A stretch of 62,488 bases of DNA, filler included, from Chiloscyllium plagiosum (lineage: Eukaryota), in NCBI RefSeq assembly GCF_004010195.1. It is 3 parts of one record of this genome, joined end to end, with 100 filler letters (N's around TTAATTAATTAA, not from the genome) between each part and the next. Parts side by side here need not be neighbours in the genome. Positions count along the whole stretch, not along the records: positions 1 to 20,084 come from NC_057713.1; 2 more parts are not named here. The stretch is one strand, 5' to 3'. Both the position numbers and the translations under genes were made by a program. The notes below the pieces were generated by a model that worked only from the letters and a program-made list of their open reading frames with translations, did no database searches and was not told where the DNA came from. Position 1 is the first letter of the stretch, and every line of letters begins with the position of its first letter. Shown here piece after piece: positions 1 through 11,220 of this stretch.

Positions 1-270
1 GGAAAGATATAAAAGAGACCTAAGGGGTAACTTTTTCACGCAGAGGGTGGTACGTGTATGGAATGAGCTGCCAGAAGATGTGGTAGAGGCTGGTACAATT
101 GCAACATTTAAGAGGCATTCGAATGAGTATATGAATAGGAAGGGTTTGGAGGGATATTGGCTGGGTGCTGGCAGGTGAGAATAGACTGGGTTGGGATATC
201 TGGTCAGCATGGACGGGTGGGACCGAAGGGTCTGTTTCCATGCTGTACATCTCTATGACTCTATGACTCT
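1..270 (+). mobile_element. CR1/HER1-like LINE 3' end with (CTATGACT)n tail
   Basis: FFTQRVV..WN.LP-type ORF2 end and short tandem tail; homologous to 58790-59032. Confidence 0.85.
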
Positions 271-1269
271 ATTCTCCTGTTGAGACATTCATTAGATGGT
301 TACTTGGATAGAAATGGTGTGCAGGGATACAGAGAGAAAGCTGGAGATTGGCAGCGGGTAATAGAAGAGGTGCAGTACGATAGGCCGAATGGCCTCATTC
401 TGTGCTGTTACAATTCTGCGATAAGGAAGTGTGGAAGGTAATCTCTTGCAAGAAGCATTTTGCTGAAGATTTGCCAGGAATATTCCTTTCACAATGTATC
501 TGCTCAATAAAATGTGGCCCAGGAATTCAAAGGGGCCATCAGATAGCAGATCAACATAAAGGTCTCCGTCAAATCCATCAACTGTTCTTTGTTATTTGTA
601 CTTGTACAAACCCATCGAATCAACATGAAACAGACTTTTCAATGGCCAGTTAAAGGAAAAAAAAATGAGATCTTATACCATCGGCTACATCTTCAGCTGA
701 TGCCAAAGACTCATGCCAAGCTTAAAGTTGTAAACACACTTGGCAAGGAAGTGACTCGCATAATTCATTTTCTTTCCCAACTGACATTTTGTCTAATTTC
801 TGCAGATAACATAAGTTATCCTTGATGCATGTCACTTAAACAACTGATCACCACAGGTGCAACTTCATCTTCATTCCCACCATTATCCCAGCATTCATGA
901 AGCAAATCTGACATCATCAAGCTCTCCACATCTATGAACAACAGGAAATGTCTGTTTGTTTCTTATGCTTCCATTCAACTTTAGCATCTAACTTTCATGA
1001 TGCCTACATCTACAAGGCACAGGTCAGGAGGAATGGAACACTCTCGGGTTTCCTTCGTTTCCCCAATCAAGATTCAAGAGGTTTGATACCACCCAGGACA
1101 AAGCAGCCCACTTGACTGATGTCCCATCCACAACCTTCAATATTCACCGCCCTCACATTGATGCACTGTACCATCTACAAAATGCACCGAAGCAACTTAC
1201 CGGGGCTGCTTTGACAGCACCTTCCCAAATCACTACCTCTACACCTGGATGAGCAAAGGAACGGTGCTT

Positions 1270-1509
1270 GGTACTGAAACAACTCCACAGCGGCCAGTAT
1301 CCCTTCACCAAGTCACCCTTTATTTACTCATGAACAGTCCTTCACTTTAGGATTGTCTCTGCAGAGTCAGCTGTCAGAGTGTCATTACATCTGATGCTCC
1401 CCTTTGTATCTGTCAGCCAGGGTTCCCTGATTGAACCATATTAACAGCCCCACTCAGGGAACTCATATTCTACAAGGTCCAACTGACTGACTTTGTTACA
1501 ATCAGTACA
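1270..1509 (-). mobile_element. Possible solo LTR (~240 bp)
   Basis: Terminal inverted repeat GTACTGA...TCAGTAC(A) and an internal AATAAA on the minus strand; no TSD verified. Confidence 0.4.
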
Positions 1510-2365
1510 GAAACATAGAAGACAGGAGCAGGAGGAGGCTATTTGGTCCTTTCAGCATGCCCCACCATTCATCATAATCATGGCTGATCATTCAACTCAA
1601 CAACTTAAGCCTGTCTTCTCCCCATAACCATTGATCCCAGTGCTAGATCTAACCACCTCTTGAATTCATTCAATGTTTTGGCATCAGCTACTTCCTTTGG
1701 TAATGAATCCCTCAGGCTCACCACTCCTTGAGTGGACAAACGTCTCCTCATCTCCATCCTAAATGGTCCACCCCGAATCCTCAGAATGTGAACCCTGGTT
1801 CTGGACACACCCACCACCGGGAACATCCTCCCTGCATCTACCCTGTCTAGTCCTGTTAGAATTTTATAAGTCTCTATGAGATCCCCCCTCCCTCGTTTTT
1901 CTGAAGTCCAGTGAAAACAATCCTAGAGGAGAAAGTGAGGTCTGCAGATGCTGGAGATCAAAGTTGAAACTTTATTGCTGGAACAGCACAGCAGGTCAGG
2001 CAGCATCCAGGGAACAGGAGATTCGACGTTTCGGGCACAGGCCCTTCTTCAGGAAGAAGGGCCTGTGCCCGAAACGTCGAATCTCCTGTTCCCTGGATGC
2101 TGCCTGACCTGCTGTGCTGTTCCAGCAATAAAGTTTCAACTGAAAACAATCCTAACCTAGTCAATCTCTCCTCATCCATCAGTCCTGCCATTCCCGGAAT
2201 CAGCCTGGAAACATTCACTGCACTCCCTCAAGACTAAGAGTATTCTTCCTCAGAAAAAGAGACCAAAACTGCACGCAATATTCTAGGTGTGGCCTCACCA
2301 AGGCCCTGTATATCTGCATCAACACATCCCTGCTCCTGTACTTCAAATGTCTCGCAATGAAGGCC
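1510..2365 (-). mobile_element. CR1-clade LINE 3' fragment, split by a palindromic Penelope-derived insert
   Basis: Minus-strand translation includes RLIPGMAGL..EERL.RLGLFS and TQGVVSL.DSLP; short-repeat tail near 1510. Confidence 0.8.
1926..2140. mobile_element. Penelope-like terminal-repeat-derived palindromic insert (89-bp perfect arms 1962-2050 and 2053-2141), 14-bp TSD TGAAAACAATCCTA
   Basis: Arms are exact reverse complements around a 2-nt loop; TSD at 1912-1925 and 2141-2154. Confidence 0.85.
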
Positions 2366-2780
2366 CAACTTTGGATTATATAATTTCCCCATCACTGTCA
2401 GTGTGTACAAACCCTAGAGCTCCCTTTTTACCTGGACTGCACCTGTATCTACAGCAAAAGGGTGTCCCCTCCCATGACTTCCTCAAGGCAATTAAGAATG
2501 CTCCCTCAATGCGAGGCTAGGCAGGACTCTTCCCAACCCACAGATTAGGAATACAATGCCAGGTATAAGAGTTTTAATATGCTGAGTTTCTGGCCCTGCT
2601 ACAAACATTGACAAGGAACACATGCCCACCTAGCAGGGCAGTCTTGCATAAGCCGCTTCAGTCAGCTGAAGGCAGGTTACCCATCCCTCAACTGGGCTCA
2701 AATCCCACCTCAAAGAGCTGCTGATGACCAACAGCTCTAGCGGTGACCACTGGGAGCAGCACTGCATTGACTATAAGCAG

Positions 2781-2892
2781 GGCGAAAATGAGGACTGCAG
2801 AAGGGCTGATGAAGGGCTTTTGCCTGAAACGTCGATTTTCCTGCTCCTAGGATGCTGCCTGATCTGCTGTGCTTTTCCAGCATCACACTCTA
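2781..2892. mobile_element. Short Penelope-derived insert with CTGATGA hammerhead core; TSD TGACTATA(A/G)GCAG
   Basis: CTGATGA-A-GGGC-TTTT-GCCT-GAAA-CGTC starting at 2806; TSD at 2768-2780 and 2893-2905. Confidence 0.75.
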
Positions 2893-3499
2893 TGACTATA
2901 GGCAGATCTACCACTCTCCATGGTGGAATCCATGGGCGCTGAGTCCGGAGGGGACAATGGGAGGGGATGCATGGGATTGTAAAGAAAGATGGGATGGTGT
3001 TGGTGTGAGGGGAGGATCTGACAGCAGGACTAGGTAGGGTGGGAGGACTGATAGAGAGAGGCAGAGACTGGGAATTGGGGGGTTAGTGAGAGGCTCCTGA
3101 TCTGGACATGGAGCCTGTTATGGAGATATCCCTTCCCTTTCATTTCCAGCTGGATTGTTCCCTGGAATAACTGAAGAAAGAATGCGCAATTAATCCAGAT
3201 AAGGAGTAGATTCCTGCAGAGACTTACACAGTCTGCCAGAGTGTTGACAGAATGACATGTTCTGTTCATGTTTTTACACCATTGTGAGCTCTAAAATGGA
3301 CCAGTACCAATGGAAGAGCAGACTCAAGGCTGAACTCACTCTGATTACACTCTCAGCGTTGTCATGTAATCTTTCATATCCATTAATAATGGAGCACATG
3401 ATCATCAATACCATTTGACCACCAGCTATTTCCACAAGCACATTAAACAGAAGTATTATTCGCAAAGAGGGACCAACATAAAAATATGGATTTTGACAA

Positions 3500-4210
3500 C
3501 TATGGTCAAGAAAGTAACACCTCGACTTCCTCAGGAGGCTAAGGAAATTCAGCATGTCCATAAAGACTCTTACAATTTTTTTACAGATGTACCACAGAAA
3601 ACGTCCTACCTGGATGCAACGCAGCGTGATACAGCAATTGCTCTTCCCAAGAGCGCAAGAGACTACAAGAGAGTCATGAACATAGCCCAGTCCATCACAC
3701 AAACTAGCCTTCCATCCATTGGCATCATCTATCCTTCTCACTGCCTCAGGGAACCAACCAACAAAAGACCCCTCTTACCCCGGTTATACTCTTGTATATA
3801 CTCTGGAAGGTATAAAAGTTTGGATACACATATAAATAGATTCAAGAACAGCTACTTCTCCACCGTTATCAGTCTTTTGAATGGACCTCTTTAATGTTAA
3901 TGCTGATTTTCTCTCTGCACCCATTCGTCAGCTGTAACACTGTATCCTACACTCTGTTCTGTTACTCTGATGCACTTGTATGGTACAATGTACCAGGAGA
4001 AAGTGAGGACTGCAGATACTGGAGACCAGAGTTGAAAAATGTGGTGCTGGAAAAACACAGCAGGCCAGGCAGCATCCGAGGAGCAGGAGAATTGACGTTT
4101 CGGGCTTATGCACCACATTTTTCAACTCTGGTACAATCTACTAGTAAAGCATGTAAGACAACACTTTTCACTGTACCTCGGTACACGTGACAGTAATAAA
4201 TTAAATCAAT
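3500..4210 (+). mobile_element. Rex1/Babar-type LINE 3' fragment, containing a Penelope-derived insert at 3994-4128
   Basis: Translates to RVMNIAQSITQTSLPSI and RFKNSYF..VI.LLN; AATAAA plus (AATC)-type tail. Further copies at 18745-19072 and 35722-36045. Confidence 0.7.
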
Positions 4211-4954
4211 CTGCATGAGTGAACTTGGATGAAGGGACACGTGTATAGAAGCCAGATTTGCTGATGATACAAGTAGAGGGAGGAAAGCACATAGTGAGGA
4301 GAGTGTAAAATGTCTGAAAGAGGAGAAAGTAGATTGAGGGAGTGGACAGAAGTTAGACAGATGTAAAAACATGAATAGGACATGTCATTCTGTCAACACT
4401 GCAGCAGACTGCAGGAATCTACTCTGGATTCAGTTATTCCAGGGAACAATCCAGCTGTTAGACAGTTAGACAGACATATCCTGGAAAAATGTGAGCCTTT
4501 CCATATTGCTAGGAGAAACAGAAAATTGGAATATTATTTAAATGTAGAGAGACTATAGAACACTGAGGTACAGTGGGATCTGGGTGTCATTGTACATGAA
4601 GTAGAAAATATCAGCACGCAGATGCATCAAGTAATTGGGAAGGCAAGTGGATGTTTCCTTTCATGTAAAGGGCTACTATAATAGCAGGAATGATGAGGCT
4701 TCATCTGGAGTATTGCATACAGTTTAACTCTTTTTATGTAAGGACACTGGAAGCATTTCCAAGAAGGTGTCTGACTGGTTCCTGGAATGAGGGGTTTGCC
4801 TTATAAGGGAAGATTGTGCAGTTTAGAAGGAGAATTGGTTTTATTGGAACATACAAGTTTCTAAGGAGGTGACAGAGTGTGGATGCTGGGAGGGTGTTTC
4901 TATCTTTAGGGTATTCTGGAATCAAGAAGCACAGTTTCGCAGTAGGGGCAACAG

Positions 4955-5435
4955 TATATACTATTACACTGCAGCAATTCACCAAAGATCCTGAGACAGG
5001 GAGGAGAAAGTGAGGTCCTGAAGAAGGGCTTATGCCCGAAACGTCGATTTCCTGCTCCTTTGATGCTGCCTGACCTGCTGCGCTTTTCCAGCAATACTTT
5101 TTTCAGCAAAGAGTCTGAGACAGCAGCTTCCAACCTCACAATAACTTCCATCTAGAAGGACAAGGACAGCAGATAGATGAGAATACCACTGCCCTGCTAG
5201 TTCTCCTCCAAGCCACTCACTATCCCGACATGGAAATGTATCACCATTCCTTCAGTGTCGCTGAATCAAAATCCTGGAATTCCCTCCCTAAGGGCATTAT
5301 GGGTCTACCTAGAACACGTGAACTGCAGCAGTTCAAAAAAGCAGCTCACCCCCACCTTCTCAAGGGTAACTAGGGATGGGCAATAAACGCTGGCCCAGCC
5401 AGCAACACCTACTTCCTACAACAGGATAAAACAAA
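4955..5435 (+). mobile_element. 3' end of a CR1/Zenon-like LINE whose tail is shared with the tRNA-headed SINE family
   Basis: Ends ...GCAGCTCACC.CCACCTTCTCAAGGG.AACTAGGGATGGGCAATAAA.GCTGGCC.AGCCAGC; upstream coding part of the same family at 1005-1255 (IYKAQVR..., DT.QDKAA). Confidence 0.7.
5000..5106 (+). mobile_element. Penelope-derived insert with intact minimal hammerhead core (5018-5045)
   Basis: CTGAAGA-A-GGGC-TTAT-GCCC-GAAA-CGTC; imperfect TSD CAAAGA..CTGAGACAG at 4983-4999 and 5107-5123. Confidence 0.75.
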
Positions 5436-5614
5436 ATGGGCTCAGATTTAGAATCACTGAGAAAATACAAGGACTGGGCAATTGTTCACTCAACAAGCTT
5501 GATGCCAACAAAGGGCACATCAAGGCTATTCTGCAGAATAATGTCTACACTCATGAGATCAATTCTCATTGTATATCACACTAATCATGAATGATCATAA
5601 AGCCATCAGTTTTC

Positions 5615-5880
5615 ATGCCCAGCCTACCTCAGATTGCCCTGGAAGGGAAAGATATCTCAAAAACTAGAGGTAAAGCTAACTGTTTCACATTGGTACTATA
5701 GTAACAGGCTTGGTATTGGCCATTAACAGGGTGCTGCCCCTCTGCCAAAAAGACATTCCTTCACACAAATGAGTAATGTGATATATGAATTTCACTGCCA
5801 CTGTGATGCCAGGTATATAGCCCTTAAACCACAATGACTGGCAGATCATATAAAACAGCATATTTCTTTGGATGTTCATA
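5615..5880 (+). mobile_element. Penelope-like element GIY-YIG endonuclease remnant
   Basis: Translates to YLRLPWKGK...NVIYEFHCHCDARYI...LADHIKQH with stops; typical PLE linker/GIY-YIG pattern. Confidence 0.7.
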
Positions 5881-8800
5881 AAATGCAAGGTACTGACAGT
5901 CAAGTCAATGGTTCAGGCCTCTGTTGATATAATTCGGGAAACTAATCATCTCACTGAAGATTGCAGAGATCCCAAAATGCCCGCTTGCAGAATTGTGCAG
6001 GAACTGCTGAAGAGCAGCAGACAGATTTCACAACCTACCTACTCCGCCAAAGACCACCAGAAACAAAGAGGGAAACTAGACATCCACCCTCTGTTCACTG
6101 TTCTAATTTCTAACTACCAATCTGCCACTAGCCCCTACATTGCAAACTCACTCCTTCAACACTTCCATCTATTTTCGTCTCCTTAACTTCAGCAAAGTTG
6201 GAAAATTAACTCAGAGTCATGGATGACACACAGGCTGCAAGACATGCTGGCTGAATTTCACACCATTGCCAAAGAGAGAGATGAAATCAGTTACTCGGGA
6301 ATAAGGTTTGGAATGGGGAACCAAGGACAAGGAATGTCCCCAGTAGTCAGTTGGGAAGAGAGTTCTGGTTCATCCAATGCTGCATGTTGGATAAACAACC
6401 TGATAATTCAGCAACAATTGGAAGAGGTGGTGAAGTGGAGTAGTGTATCACCAGCGCAATTGTGAAAACTAATGCTATGTCTTTGGGTTATGACACTGAG
6501 AGATATCGGGTAGATGTTAAACAGGAGGAGGGTCGTACATATATCCTTACAGGATACTAATGGCAACGATGTAGGGACAGTCTTTCTCCAGCTTAAACAA
6601 CGTTGAAAGGAGACAAGATGTGAAAATGTATCATTGTGCACTCATTAGGATGAGGATGAAAGAAACTGGCTTGAGGAAAGAGGTCTGAAGAATGACCCGA
6701 AACATTAACCTTGCCTTCTCTCCACAGACGCTACAAGGCCTGCTGAGTTTCTCCAGCAATTTCTGTTTTTGCTTGAGAAAGGGCACCATTTTACACAACA
6801 TGACAAGTATGCTAAGCAACATTCCCCTCCCTCTTCTCATGGACAATTTGGCATTCCTTCTTTTCAAGTCTGTTTCTTGTGTCCTAGTGACACTAAGAGC
6901 GAGATGGAAAGCTTTAACGTTTCATTTCTTTTTAGAAATGTTGAGATTTTCTGGCTACAATTAGATAGATAAAAATAGAACCTCCCAAGTAAGAGCAGCC
7001 ATACCCAGCTGGCTAATAGTGGTGAGACATTGGAACGAGGTGGTGTTATCAAAGGATGCAGGCAGGTCCTGAAGGATGAAGAAGGATCATTTACCTTTGT
7101 CCCAGTAACGCAGGATAACATTTGTGACTTTAATCAAAGTTGTTTCAGTACTGCAGCGGATATTGGAGATATTGCAACACGGAGTTCCAGGAAAAAATTG
7201 AAAGGTAACAAAACAATCCAGGACTCAGGTGAGAAAAGCAATGTTCATTTTCGATTGTGATGCTTAAGGGTTGAGGGATTCACATTTGGGAGTATTTTTG
7301 AGCTGAGGGTTTAAAGGAGATCTGAGGGGATTGTTAACATAAAGGCTAACTTGGGGACAGAGAAAGATCGTCGGGCATGAAAATACGATGGAGGGGGAAG
7401 AAGGGGAGTGTCATGGATGAGATGAGTTTAGAAAGGGCGTATAAAACATATATAAGTAGATTACAGAGAGAGTGCCCCATACAGTCTGCCCAGCTCACTC
7501 TGCCTTTCGAATTGGTCAAAACTGATCCTCTACCTCAATGTAATAATCTCACATCCTCCCCATGCCCCTAGAAACCTTCAGTTTCTAGAAATCTATCTAA
7601 TTCTTTCTTAAATTTATCTCAGTGCTTGGCCCCCACAGCTTTCTGTGGTGGAGAATTTCACCATTCACTACCTTCTGCCCAAAGATATACAATCAAGTAC
7701 AAAGGAATGAGGACAGAGTCAGGTGGGGCGGACTGGGAAAAGAGTTTAGCAGAAAATCTACTGAATGGATAATGGAAGCTGTTTAGTTCATGGCTCACTA
7801 TAAAGATACACCCAGTGACAAAGTAGAGTACTAGGCAGAGGATTAACCAACCCTAGTTAACCAAGGAAATTAAGCATTGTACCAGTGACAAGAAAATGTG
7901 GCAATGTATCAAAATTTAGGGAAGAGGATTGGGAAAGATTCAAAAACCAACAAAAAAGGGGAGAAAATAAACTATGAGCATAAGCGAGCAGGTAATATAA
8001 AAATGGACAATGTAAGCTTCTTTAAATATATATAAAAAGTAAAGAAAAATGGCCAAAATTAATATTAGCTTCTTAGAGAATCAGGTGGGGAACCAGAAAA
8101 TAGCAGAGGAGTTGAATAATTATTTTGTCTCCGTCTTTATGGTTGAATAGCATTTTAAAAATAATAAATCGAGCTGCAAACATTGGGAAGAATGCAAGTA
8201 AATGAGGAAAATAGCTTCAGGGAAACAAATGAGATTGAAGCCTGATAAGACTGCAGGACCTTATTGGCTGCATCATCGAACATTAAAAGAAATAGCCACA
8301 GGGAAAAGTGGTTGCACTGATGTAATTTTTCAGGGTTCCTTGGGTTGAGGATTGAAAAGCTGCCAATGCAACACACTTACTCAGGCACTGGCATGTTCAT
8401 CCAAGTGGCCATGCTTTGAGGTTGTCGAACCCAATGCTGAGTTCCTCAAGGCTGCTGAGCCTGACCCTTCCACCTGACTAAAATGAAACAAAAGAACTAA
8501 AGATTCTGGAAATCTGAAACAGAAGTGGAAATGGCTGGAGAAACTCAGCAGCATCTGTGCAAAGGAAATAGAGCTTTGAATTCCATTTGCCCTTCTTCAA
8601 GAACTGGGTGCTCTGGGCACCCTCACCATCTGGGCAAAAGTGAGGACTGCAGATGCTGGAGACTAGAGTCAAGATTAAAGTGGTGCTGGAAAAGCACAGC
8701 AGGTCAGGCAGCATCCAAGGAGCAGGAAAATCGATGTTTCAGGCAGGAGTCTTCTGCCCCATTAGTTCCTCCCCACTCTGTGCCAACAGCATAAAAAACA

Positions 8801-9370
8801 TTTTCCAAGCCCTTCAGCTCCAAGGAAGAGTCTTATCAGACTTGAAATGTTCACTCTGTTTTTCCCTCTCCACAGATAACCCAGAACCGTTGAGTTCCTC
8901 TGGCATTTTCTATTTATTTTCTGAAAGAGTGCCTTGCTAAAATGATAAAATGCAGTCGTCAGACCACAGATGGAATACTGTGAACCATTTTGGTCCCTTA
9001 TTTAAGGAGAGATATACTGGCATTGCAGGCAGTCTGGACAAAGTTCTTTTCTTTTAATTCATGCATGGGGCATGAGCATCGCTGGCTGGGCCAGCATTTA
9101 TTGCATTGCCTAGTTGCCCCTGAGAAGGTGGTGGTGAGCTGCCGTCTTGAACCACAGCAGTCGTTTGTACAACTAAGCTGCTTGCTGGACCATTTCAGAG
9201 CACAGTTGAGAGTCAACCACATTACTGTGAGTTTGGAGTCACATAAAGGCTAGAGCAAGTGAAGATGGGAGATTTCCTTCCCTGAAGGACCTTAGTGAAT
9301 CAGATGGGTTTTCCCAAACTCGGCCATTGGTCCATGGTCATCAGTAGATTCATAATTCTAGATTTTTTTT

Positions 9371-9682
9371 TTAGATTCCCTGCAGTGTGGAAACAAGCCC
9401 TTCAGCCCAACAAGTCCACACCGACCCTCTGAAGAGTAACCCACCCAGACTCATTTCCCTCTAACTAATGAACCTAACACTATGGGCAATTTAACATGGC
9501 CAATTCATCTAACCTGCACATCTTTGTGACTGTGGGAGGAAACCGGAGTACCCAGAGGAAACCCATGCAGTCACGGGGAGAATGTGCAAACTCCACACAG
9601 ACAATCACCCAAGGCTGGGGTCGAACCTGGGACCCTGGTGCTGTGAGGTACCAGTGCTAACCACTGAGCCACCGTGCTGCCC
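9371..9682 (-). mobile_element. HE1 V-SINE, full length
   Basis: GGGCAGCACGGTGGCTCAGTGGTTAGCAC head, V-domain (GTGTGGAGTTTGCACATTCTCCCCGTG), tail shared with the HER1-like LINE. Confidence 0.9.
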
Positions 9683-9693
9683 TTAAGAAATGA

Positions 9694-9783
9694 GGGCTCG
9701 TCCGGGATTTGAACCCGGGATCTCTCGCATGTCCACCCAGCTGAAGGCCCGAAGCGAGAATCATACCCCTAGACCAACGAGCC
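9694..9783 (-). tRNA. tRNA-Pro(CGG) with an 18-nt intron at position 37/38 (intron 9730-9747)
   Basis: Minus strand reads GGCTCGTTGGTCTAGGGGTATGATTCTCGCTT-CGG-G-[CCTTCAGCTGGGTGGACA]-TGCGAGAGATCCCGGGTTCAAATCCCGGACGAGCCC. The 72-nt exons equal the canonical vertebrate tRNA-Pro apart from one variable-loop change (AGGTC to AGATC); A and B boxes intact. Confidence 0.93.
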
Positions 9784-10803
9784 ACATGCCCCGGGTGGCT
9801 TAATTGAATTCAAATTCCACCATTTGCCACGGCAGGATTTGAACCCGGCTTAACTAGGTTGATTCTAGGTATGAAAACAGTCTCTTATGGGAAGAGGTTG
9901 AGTGTGTTGGGCCTGTGCTCATTGGAGTTTAGAAGAATGACTGCCACCTTATTGAAACATACAAGATTCCTCGGATTCTTGACTGAGTCAGAGACAGAGA
10001 GATTCTACCCTCGTGTGAGAGTCTGGGATCGGAGGGGCATAATCTCAGAATAAGCCGTCATCCAATCAATCAGGATAGAGTTGAGGAGGAATTTCCTCTC
10101 TCAGAGAGTGATAATGCTATGGCATTCTTAGCACAGAGGGCTGTTGAGGCTGAATCATTGTGTATTCATGGCTGAGATAGAGAGATGTGTAATCAGTCAG
10201 GGAATCAAGGTTATGGGGAATAGGCAAGAAAGTGGAGTTGAGGATTATCATAACCGCCATGACCTCATCGAATGGCAGAGGTAGCTCAACAGGTTGAATA
10301 GCCTCCTTTTACCCCAATGTCTTCTGGTCTTCTAGTTTGGTTCGTAACAAATTGAATACTTGGGCATGAAAGCAAGCATTTAGAGGTTTTATAACTGATC
10401 AGTCTAATCAATGGGCTGCTTCAGCCTCCGTCTCTCCTGTGTGTGACAAAACCACAATGATTTTGTTGACTCTGTCATGGGATGTGGGCATCACTGGCAA
10501 GCCCTGTATTTACTGCCAATCTCTCAATTTTCCCTCAACTGAATTGTCTTGCTTTGCCAGTTTAGAGATACTTAAGGGTTGTGGATCTGGAGTCACGTGG
10601 ACCATAGACCAGACCCAGGCTGACAGATTTCCTTCCCTTAAGAGCATTTGATAACCTGATCAGCCTTTACAACATCAGGGATAGCGACCTACTGAATAAG
10701 ATTCACTCTTACTGAGTAGATTGTCATTGCAAATTTGTTAGTTTAATTTAAACTCGATGAGCTAGTGTGATGGGACTGAACTGGAGAATTATCCCTGAGC
10801 ATT

Positions 10804-11220
10804 AGGGAAGGCAATGGCCTCATGGTATTATCATGGGACTGTTAACACAGAGACCCAGATAATGATCTGGGGGCACAGTTTTGAATATTGCCACACAGAG
10901 AATGGAATTTGAATGCAATAAAAATCTGGAATTAAGAGTCCAGTGATGACCATGAATCCATTGGTGGGAAAACCCATCTGGTGTATTAATGTCCTTTAGG
11001 AAAGGAAACTGCCATCATTCTGGATTAGTGGTGCTGAAAGAGCACAGCAGTTCAGGCAGCATCCAAGGAGAAACTGCCATCATTACCTGGTCAGGCCTAC
11101 ATGTAACTCCAGACCCACAGCAATGTAGTTGACTCTTAACTGCCCTCTGGGCATTTAGGGATGGGCAATAAATGCTGGCCTAGCCAGCGACACCCTCATC
11201 CCGTCAACGAATTAAATAAA
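10804..11220 (+). mobile_element. tRNA-headed SINE-like element with LINE-derived tail; 50-bp Penelope-derived insert at 11020-11069 (15-bp TSD GAAACTGCCATCATT)
   Basis: Degenerate A and B boxes, conserved body GTCCTTTAGG...GACTCTTAACTGCCCTCTG, tail matching 5365-5410. Confidence 0.75.

Larger units (their letters stand above)
9055..9850 (-). mobile_element. tRNA-headed SINE-like element, interrupted by HE1 plus tRNA-Pro (about 9371-9800)
   Basis: Body at 9190-9360 and B-box region at 9801-9848 match the family at 10804-11220; LINE-derived tail at 9055-9162. Confidence 0.75.

Noticed and set aside
1948..2218. Recurrent small ORFs (LLEKHSRSGSIQG, MLPDLLCFSS, GCCLTCCAFPA) resembling a peptide family
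   Set aside because: Translations of the palindromic Penelope-derived repeat on both strands; no coding signals.
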